From the NCBI GenBank assembly GCA_044892525.1, contig CM097885.1:47307727-47371726 (forward strand): a DNA stretch of 64,000 bases. The letters are read 5' to 3'. The notes under the pieces were generated by a model. It was given only the letters and a program-made list of their open reading frames with translations. It ran no database searches and was not told where the DNA came from. This stretch comes from Schmidtea polychroa. Lineage: Eukaryota. Both the position numbers and the translations under genes were made by a program. This document shows, one piece after another, positions 1-7,550 of the stretch (positions are counted from its first letter, which is position 1; the number at the start of each line of letters is the position of its first letter).

Positions 1-142
1 CGAATGTAAAATCTTGCAGTGCAACTACCCAGTCCCCATTTAAAGAAATCGGATTCTGGAGATTGACCATAAATTTACTGGCTTGATTGTCTGGATGAAT
101 TAATGGGCAACTATTGCTCGGCAAAATAGTATAAAAATTCAC
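1..142 (-). CDS. Polinton minor capsid/penton (PX-like) protein, N-terminal part; runs off the window
   Basis: Manual translation (V)NFYTILPSNSCPLIHPDNQASKFMVNLQNPISLNGDWVVALQDFTF matches the FYxxLPSNS...N..S.F...L...I.L.G.W.VAL pattern. The start is GTG, overlapping the integrase stop (probably ancestral ATGA). Confidence 0.75.
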   Translation of the reverse strand, partial: MNFYTILPSNSCPLIHPDNQASKFMVNLQNPISLNGDWVVALQDFTF

Positions 143-772
143 TTTACTAGGTCTTTTGCTGATATCCATGACGGATTTTGATAACCATGCCATTTTACAT
201 AGTATTGTTTATCCTTGCCGACCTTTTTAGTTTTCAATATTTTTTGAATTCTAAATACTTTTGGGGGAGGAATGACTTGTAATTCCTTCTCATAAAATTT
301 CCCTTGTACAATATTATTATCATTGTCTTTGATGACATACATTACAGGATTCTGTTTAGTATTTATTTTTTGAAATTACAAAGACTTCATCCCTCCAATT
401 TGTATCAAAATTTTTAATAAATGGTGATGCACTAATTTTACTAATTCTAACATGATCACCGACTTTATATTTAGGTTTTGTAATTTTTACAGATTTCTTA
501 GAAGTCAATGATGTTTTTGATGTAATATCAACCGGTCTCAATCCATTCAGTCCTCGATGTGATGAATGATTATAACTTGTTATTATTTTCGGTAAAGCAT
601 TTACCCATTTTTTATTACCTTGATGCACGAACAATTTCTTTAATCTATCTCTCAATGTTCGATTAAATATTTCAACATGGGCAGCTTTGTATTGAGAATG
701 TACCGAGTAGTTATTTATTTTCAGTTTATCGAGGATTTGCTTAACTTTGCTATTGTAGAATTCTTTATCTAA

Positions 773-854
<82 letters not shown>

Positions 855-1103
855 GTTTTTTAAAAGTTTTTAGTAAAACAATTCATTATATTTACAACCA
901 ATGAGAATTAAGAGAAAGGAAATCAAAGAAAGATTGAAAGGTATTTTGGGGAAGAACATTGCTAAATTCCAGGAGATTGACAAGGACTATCGTATAGTCG
1001 AAAATTCTTTCATTAAATACATTATTTGCAGCAAAAGGCTTAAATTATCATTTTATTGTTTTAAATAATAAATGCTGCTACCAAGCAATCATCATTTTAT
1101 ACT

Positions 1104-1135
<32 letters not shown>

Positions 1136-1540
1136 TATAATAATAATAATACCCAAATCTGTTTGCAAGTTATTAGGATGTCCATCTTTAAATAAAATAT
1201 TAATTGCCTTGGACATTTCATCTGCAGATTTTGCTTTGACTGGTATTGCTCGTGCAAACCTGCTGAATACATTAATACATGTTAAAATATATTTATTCCC
1301 ATTGTTAATTTTCGAATACGGTATCATCTCCATCAAATCCATTTGCCATAAATCGTCAATACCAAATGTTTTATATGCTCTTGTTGGAAATCTTTTCCGC
1401 ATTGGTTTGTTCAAACTGTACGCAAGCTGATCTGATAACCACTTCTGGGTTTCTTTTTTCGAATTCAGAACTCTTTTCTTTAATTTTGCTACTCCACCGA
1501 AAATGGCTTCGTCTTCTGGGTTCGTCCAAATCTTCTCCAT
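139..1540 (-). pseudogene. Retroviral-like (rve) integrase with C-terminal chromodomain; spliced (intron 769-1152), +1 frameshift in the T6 run at 366-371
   Basis: WQMDL, QTD and KAAHVEIFNRTL give the DDE triad; YNHSSH; GKFYEKEL; YYVKWHGY chromodomain. Removing the GT..AG intron joins QTDL-DKEFYN. Removing one A restores SKINTKQNPVMYVIK. Confidence 0.9.
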
Positions 1541-1598
1541 TACAGCAAGAAGATTTAAAATTAAATTTAATGTCGGGCAATGAAGGAATAGCACCCAT
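1371..1598 (-). CDS. Small 75-aa ORF with N-myristoylation consensus, overlapping the integrase 5' end in another frame
   Basis: Starts MGAIPS (MGxxxS) 3 nt after the core-protein stop; contains a CC pair and an RRRS basic patch. Confidence 0.45.
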   Translation of the reverse strand: MGAIPSLPDIKFNFKSSCCNGEDLDEPRRRSHFRWSSKIKEKSSEFEKRNPEVVIRSACVQFEQTNAEKISNKSI

Positions 1599-1601
1599 TG
1601 T

Positions 1602-2135
1602 TTATGATTGATTTCCTACAACTCCACCTAATAATGATAATGCCAGAGGTATCAATGCACCAATAAATCCACCTTGTTGTTTATATATAATTTTCCTCAT
1701 TTGCTTACGATTTTTATTATTTACTAAAGATAACAAAGGTTTCCTATGTTTGCTCAATAGATGCTTTTTTGATTTACTGATTTTAATTTTGCCTTTGACT
1801 ACTTTAAGTATAATATTGAGTAAATCATCGACAACAAAATTTGGGAATGATTGCAATATATTCATTCTTTTCATACTCGGAGCCTTTAACAATGCATTAA
1901 AAAATGGAAAACTGCGATGATTTTTAACTACTTTTTTACTGATTTTACGTTTACTGGTTTTACGTTTAGGTTTAGGATTTTTCGAAATAAGATTCATTGC
2001 AGAGAAATTTTCAGTAACAAGTTTTTTAGATGGAGTATAACTAGTTGTTGGTGGAACTTTTGGAACTTTAATACTCTTTTTAATACTTTTTCTTAATTTT
2101 CTAATATTTTTCACCCTTGCTTTTAAAAACATCAT
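1602..2135 (-). CDS. Basic virion core-like protein with protease-site-like QQGGF and a hydrophobic C-terminal helix
   Basis: Very K/R-rich 177 aa ending KQQGGFIGALIPLALSLLGG, typical of Polinton/adintovirus core proteins. Confidence 0.72.
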   Translation of the reverse strand: MMFLKARVKNIRKLRKSIKKSIKVPKVPPTTSYTPSKKLVTENFSAMNLISKNPKPKRKTSKRKISKKVVKNHRSFPFFNALLKAPSMKRMNILQSFPNFVVDDLLNIILKVVKGKIKISKSKKHLLSKHRKPLLSLVNNKNRKQMRKIIYKQQGGFIGALIPLALSLLGGVVGNQS

Positions 2136-2150
2136 TATTCATAGAGGTTT

Positions 2151-2777
2151 TCAACTTTGTTTATAAACCATGGCACCTTTTGGGTTGAAAATATCTGTTT
2201 TTACTCGTAAATCATTGGGACATTGTTGCGTGAAATCAAGAAATATATACCCATGAGGTATTTTTGTTGCATCTTGAAATGCACTGATAAGAAAATTACG
2301 ATTGTTAGGGTATGCTTGACGTGCAAGAAAATCAATCACTGTTGCATCTCTAGGGTTCTTGAAAATAACTAAATATTGTACATTTAAATTACGTGTTCGA
2401 TGTGCACCACCGTGATGAAATAGATTTTGTGTTATGAAAATTACTGTTACACCGACATGTCTGCTGATTTTAGTGAATAAATTATTAAAATCTTTTTCTT
2501 TATTAGCTTCTTGGTACAAATCATCGATAATGATGACATCACCTTTCTTTAATCGGCTGGACCAGTTTTTATCAAATCCCTTTACTATTTTCATGTTTTT
2601 TAATTTACAGAAACTTGATTGTGTCAATCCATGTTCTTCATCAGCACCCCTATGCCAATAAATCCTGTTAAATTTTGTTTTGAATAAATTTGATTTTAGT
2701 AATTTGCAAACAAATAATGTTTTTCCACTACCACTCGGACCAACGATTTGGTATACTGCATCATTTCTTAATTCCAT
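2151..2777 (-). CDS. DNA packaging ATPase (FtsK-HerA/A32-like)
   Basis: Walker A GPSGSGKT, Walker B IIIDD, SRH arginine motif, FITQN; intact 208 aa. Confidence 0.95.
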   Translation of the reverse strand: MELRNDAVYQIVGPSGSGKTLFVCKLLKSNLFKTKFNRIYWHRGADEEHGLTQSSFCKLKNMKIVKGFDKNWSSRLKKGDVIIIDDLYQEANKEKDFNNLFTKISRHVGVTVIFITQNLFHHGGAHRTRNLNVQYLVIFKNPRDATVIDFLARQAYPNNRNFLISAFQDATKIPHGYIFLDFTQQCPNDLRVKTDIFNPKGAMVYKQS

Positions 2778-2878
2778 TTCAAAAATTTTATAAATATGTG
2801 TATTTGTTTATATTCGATGATTTAATGAACTCGTGCTCAATTTGTATATAAAGACTAATTTTCATAAATGATTTAATA

Positions 2879-3314
2879 ATGTTAGCAAATATAAATTATC
2901 GAGGAAATTTTGATGTATCGAATATGAGGTTCCCACGAGGGAAACCCCAGCAAATTATCGATAGAAGCGGGAAATATCCGATAATATTTATCAAGACTGG
3001 TAAATGTAGAATCATGGGATGTAAGAAACCTTTGGATTAATAAATTACAATATCGAATAAATAATATTAAAATCCAATCAATTACCGTTACTATGGATAT
3101 GGGACATAGTATCAATCTATATAACATGTCGAAAAAATGTGACTGTATGTTTGAACCGGAATTGTTTCCTGCGCTAAGACTATTAAAATATAACCCTATA
3201 TGTGTCAACGTGTTTGCTAGTGGAAAGGGTGTCATGCTGGGGTTGAGAAATTTGAAGTATAGAGAATTTGTTGACAATGTTCGATATGAGATAATTTCAT
3301 TGGTCGATTTCTAA
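2879..3314 (+). pseudogene. TATA-binding-protein-like gene (~145 aa reconstructed), one frameshift near 3037
   Basis: 5' part MLANIN...IFIKTGKCRIMG (repeat 1). 3' part NIKIQSITVTMDMGHSINL...FEPELFPALRL..NPICVNVFASGKGVMLG parallels TBP repeat 2 (YEPELFPGL...IFxSGKVVLTG). TATATAAA at 2845. Confidence 0.82.
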
Positions 3315-3388
3315 TTGGTTAATTTCTAATTGGTTATTGATTGATTTAAACAAACGGTATTTTGTTTAGGATTCATTTATTCAACAAA

Positions 3389-3802
3389 ATGTACAAAATA
3401 CCAAGCGCAGCAAATCTAATGAAAGATATTGACGACTACGGTAAATTTAAAATTTTTATTTTCACATTTTTTATATTTATTATTTTAGAAAAATATTTAG
3501 AAGTGATGTTGAATCGGATAAAATATTATTATCCGCAAATTGCAGAAATTATCAAGGATAGAGAACCTGAAATCATCCCAGATCTGATATTCTATGCCAC
3601 TCAAATTCGAATCATGGAGGTATTCCATCAATTCCTATGGGATGTCAAGATCAATAGGACCATGAAACATATGGAGCCGGAATACCAATGCATCATCGGA
3701 TGCTCATGCTGTGCCGATCGATATCGGCGATATGTCGAATGGGAGTTAGTGAAAACTCTGAGAAGGTTTCACTACTCCCGGATTGTAGATATAGGATATT
3801 AA
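3389..3802 (+). CDS. Unknown Polinton accessory protein, probably spliced join(3389..3440,3489..3802), 121 aa, Cys cluster
   Basis: 48-nt GTAAAT...TTTTAG AT-rich intron explains the F/I-rich stretch in the ORF track; CxxxCxCC near the C-terminus; AATAAA at 3801. Confidence 0.6.
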   Translation: MYKIPSAANLMKDIDDYGKFKIFIFTFFIFIILEKYLEVMLNRIKYYYPQIAEIIKDREPEIIPDLIFYATQIRIMEVFHQFLWDVKINRTMKHMEPEYQCIIGCSCCADRYRRYVEWELVKTLRRFHYSRIVDIGY

Positions 3803-3863
3803 TAAATGTATTTTTTGTTTCTATCGTGTTTTTATATTTGAAATAGTAATAATATAAATAGTA

Positions 3864-3926
<63 letters not shown>

Positions 3927-4147
3927 TAAATAGTAATAATAATATAAATAGTAATAATAATAATATGACACATTAATAATAGTATGAGAACAGTAATAAT
4001 ATGTCACATTAATAATATGAACATAAATGCAGCATTAATGCAAATGACATGCAACTTAAACAAAGACATGCTATAATCTGATTGGTTGATAGGCATGAGT
4101 CAAAGATATAAAAACCCTGTAACATTTCAATTTAATCATTATTCACT

Positions 4148-4558
4148 ATGACCAAGAAAATTTCATGCAATGAAAAACCTAAAGAATTGGTACAACCAGT
4201 TCAAATGTTCCACAACTACAAAATGGATTTTTTGAAAGAAGAAATCAATATGAAATTGGTTGCACCAGTCAAGCTAATTCGAACTAAATTTCAATTCTTA
4301 TCCGGCACGCTTTCAATGATTGATGTTAAAACTATTGATGATGTTTTTAAACGGATAGATTCGAATCTATCGTGTAATCAACACGCCTGGTTCAACAACA
4401 GATATGCAAGATTTTATGATGCTTTTGATGAAATCAGTTTCAAAGAAAATGAAAATTGGTATATAACAATTGCAATCCAGGGATATAAAGTTGATAATAA
4501 TGATGTGTATTCTCCTATTTGGAAAATTATGTCTGCTAGACTTTCACAAATATTTTAA
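4148..4558 (+). CDS. Unknown 136-aa accessory protein (beta-rich C-terminus; OB-fold/SSB is a speculative guess)
   Basis: Clean ORF with reverse CCAAT (4081), TATAAAAA (4107) and AATAAA (4569). Confidence 0.65.
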   Translation: MTKKISCNEKPKELVQPVQMFHNYKMDFLKEEINMKLVAPVKLIRTKFQFLSGTLSMIDVKTIDDVFKRIDSNLSCNQHAWFNNRYARFYDAFDEISFKENENWYITIAIQGYKVDNNDVYSPIWKIMSARLSQIF

Positions 4559-4684
4559 TGTTATATTTAATAAATGTATTAGTCATATTTGTTTTTCTCT
4601 TTATTAATTGCAAATTAAATGCAAATGACATGCAAATTTAACAAAGAAAATCTATAAACAAACTTATAATATAGTTTTAAAGTG

Positions 4685-5067
4685 ATGAAAATGACTGCAG
4701 AAAAAGGTTAACATGATTAATTAATTACCGAATTATTTATTATTTAGAAGTTTTAATCAACCTTTTGTTGGAAAAGTTAGCAGAAATAGCTGGTGTGAAA
4801 ATTGAGGACATATTATCTATTACAAATGCCTTAAATATCGGCTGAATAGTTGAGAGTCAAGATACAGGATTTGATGATGAGGAAGAAACTCAAGAAATTG
4901 ATGAAGAAGAAACTCAAGAAATTGATGAGGAAATCTATGAACCTATAGAGGAACCTATAGAGGAACCTAAAGATGAACCTAAAGATAATATTACGAATGA
5001 TTGTATTGATCATGTCGTTGAAAATATAATGAAATGTGGAGATGACGACTGCGAATGTGTTAATTAA
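4685..5067 (+). pseudogene. Acidic repeat protein, spliced (intron 4707-4747), in-frame TGA at 4843-4845
   Basis: MKMTAEK-EVLINLLLEKLAEIAG...*...(DEEETQEI)2...EPIE/EPKD repeats...CGDDDCECVN. TATAAA at 4653, AATAAA at 5066. Absent from the ORF track. Confidence 0.6.
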
Positions 5068-5137
5068 TAAATTTTAGTTAATTATTGTTTGTAAATTTAT
5101 TTAAAATTTTATTTTAAAATCAAACAAAATAACTATA

Positions 5138-5664
5138 TTAATTTTTATTTAAAAATCGCGATAAAACATACAAAATAGCAACACCTGTTGCAAGTTTTAT
5201 ATAGTTTTTAAATTTCATTTTCTGTTCATCTATTTCCTTCGCATTTCTGGCGAGTTGATTCAGTACGCCCCATCCGCCATTGGCTTCAATCCATGGTTGA
5301 AACTTTGACTTGATTATCTAGAAAATAAATATTAATAAAATATAGATTATAAAAGTATTACTTCTTGAGACCACAGATAATAATGTTCCGAGTCCCATAA
5401 ACTTTTTTCAATTATGATCTTCATATAAGCGAACCCTACTAGTATTCGGGTCCACTTCATCTCATCGTCACATAGGCAGTTAAAAATCCTATGAAAATAG
5501 AATTTTTTCGTTTTGAGGCAATCGGAATTGAGCACATCCTCATAATCGATATGATTTCCTTCGATAATCTTTTCGGTCCGATCGACCAGGAAACTGAGGC
5601 TTTCCACAATCTTCTTGCTGATAACTTCGCTTAAAAGATTTTCCATAAATTTTGGTTGCGACAT
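5138..5664 (-). CDS. Bcl-2 family protein, two exons (5362-5664, 5138-5317), 160 aa, intact
   Basis: BH1-like LCDDEMKWTRILVGFAY. 44-nt GT..AG intron at 5318-5361. Exon 2 gives BH2 PWIEANGGW and tail anchor LATGVAILYVLSRFLNKN. Confidence 0.9.
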
Positions 5665-5769
5665 TTCTACAATAATTTAAAATATGATGTTTTATTTATA
5701 CTAATACCGTATGATTTTGATTGGTTGATAGATTATAAATGTAAGAGAAAGATTTTGATTTGATACACC

Positions 5770-6270
5770 ATGAAAACTATATTCATATTGCTAATTATTA
5801 TAACGAGTGTGTGCTCACACAATACAACAATAACAGTGGAGTCTTTTAATAAATCAATATGTGTTTGTCCGAATACAGCCAAGTTGATGGATATTTTATA
5901 TATTCTCGACAAACCAAAATGGTCAAAGCATCCAGGAAAAAGAATATCTCAAAGATTGGAGAATTTAGAAAACAGTTATGAACTATCATTTGCATATATA
6001 CAAAATATAAAAATTAAATTGATTGATCATATTGAAGTTTTCAATAACTCTATTGTTGAAAATAAAAAGAATATGAAAATTATTGATAAGAAGCATGATT
6101 ATTTGTTAAAAAAGATCGAATTATTATTAAGAGAAATTCAAACAATCAAAGGATCAATAGAATATCTGAAAATCAATTCAACGTTACCAATTTCAAACAA
6201 TATTGCTGCGAATACTAGTACATCAATATATAATTTACCTTTGTTAATTTTACATTATTTTATTGTTTAA
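5770..6270 (+). CDS. Putative secreted or GPI-anchored coiled-coil glycoprotein, 166 aa
   Basis: Signal-peptide-like MKTIFILLIIITSVCS, five N-x-S/T sequons, heptad-like middle, S/N/T-rich spacer then hydrophobic C-terminus; AATAAA at 6270. Confidence 0.65.
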   Translation: MKTIFILLIIITSVCSHNTTITVESFNKSICVCPNTAKLMDILYILDKPKWSKHPGKRISQRLENLENSYELSFAYIQNIKIKLIDHIEVFNNSIVENKKNMKIIDKKHDYLLKKIELLLREIQTIKGSIEYLKINSTLPISNNIAANTSTSIYNLPLLILHYFIV

Positions 6271-6409
6271 ATAAATGTATGTTTTGTTGATTTGTTGTTG
6301 ATTTGCGAGTTGTTGAGCGTGAGCAGTACCCTTGTGAGCATTACCCATAGGAGGACAAAATATTTTGTCGGATAAACTCGGAGTATATATAGTAATAATA
6401 ATAATAATG

Positions 6410-6472
<63 letters not shown>

Positions 6473-6912
6473 ATAATAATAATATTTTTACTTTATTAAA
6501 ACAAATTAAGACAACATTTGCGCGCACGGATTCCCCTTTGAATTACCTTTAAAATGACTTCTTGATCAATAAAATCCAAGCAAAGGTACTCTGAAAATAT
6601 TAATTTTAAGAAAATACACACACGCAATCTTTAATTAAACTATATAGCCGCCATCTGGTAAAATATAACCTTTGAAAGTATGACCATGATACTTACATCT
6701 CAAATACCTTTTGTTTGATATGTATATTATAAGGTTTTAAAAATTTTGAACCTTGAACCCTTCGAAATCACCATCAAAAGTCCTTTCGAATGATATATAT
6801 ATATTGTATGGTTTTAAAAATATTTAATTTTGGACACCCTTTGAAGTTTATTGACCCACCATACACCTTCGAGAGTATGACCATTAGATAGACCTCTCAA
6901 ATACCTTTCGAA

Positions 6913-6997
<85 letters not shown>

Positions 6998-7107
6998 AGT
7001 TTGAAAAAATTCGAAGGTTTTTTACCCTTTGAAGACCGAGGACCCACCATACACCTTCGAGGGTATGACCATCATACTTACCTCTCAAATACCTTTCAAC
7101 TGATATA

Positions 7108-7145
<38 letters not shown>

Positions 7146-7550
7146 AGTTTGAAAAAATTCGAAGGTTTTTGACCCTTTGAAGGCCGAGGACCCATCATAT
7201 ACCTTCGAGGGTATGACCATTAGATAGACCTTTCAAATACCTTTCGAATGATACCCTTTTATGAAGTTTGACCTTAAAATATGACCTTGACCTTAAAATA
7301 CTACCTTGACCTTAAAAATATGGCCTTGACCTTTAAAAATATGACCTTGACCTTAAGATATGGCCTTGGTGAGTCATGGTCTTTGTTTCAATGGCCTTGA
7401 TGAGTCATCGGATGAATCATGGTCTTTGTTTCAATGACCTTGATGAGTCATATGTCTTTGTTTAAAATTTGACCTTGAAAAAATATATTTCTTTACCCCC
7501 GGGGGGTGTGCCAGAGGTGACATGTGCCAGTGATGACACATCCTACTACT
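6270..7550. repeat. Probable right terminal inverted repeat of Polinton A, with internal tandem repeats and microsatellites
   Basis: Inner segment (6270-6390) is homologous to the inverted repeats at 49810-49920 and 51480-51600. About 4 units of TATGACCAT...CAAATACCTTT plus (TA)n at 6670-7255; TGACCTT array; G-tract; ACTACT end. Confidence 0.75.

Larger units (their letters stand above)
1..7550 (-). mobile_element. Polinton/Maverick (adintovirus-like) element A, right-hand portion; left part lies outside the window
   Basis: Clustered penton-like, DDE integrase+chromodomain, GGF-motif core protein and A32/FtsK-like ATPase genes. Ends ...CCTACTACT at 7550, the reverse complement of the Polinton 5'-AGTAGT terminus. 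Confidence 0.93.

Noticed and set aside
1209..3277. Antisense ORFs 1209-1430, 1366-1611, 2434-2661 and 2882-3277
   Set aside because: Shadows of the integrase, ATPase and TBP-like genes on the opposite strand.
4831..5013. Hydrophobic F/R-rich minus-strand ORF
   Set aside because: Antisense shadow of the acidic repeats on the plus strand.
6670..7255. Regularly spaced repeats superficially like a CRISPR array
   Set aside because: Eukaryotic context, the intervening sequences are themselves homologous or microsatellite, and there are no cas genes; these are TIR tandem repeats.
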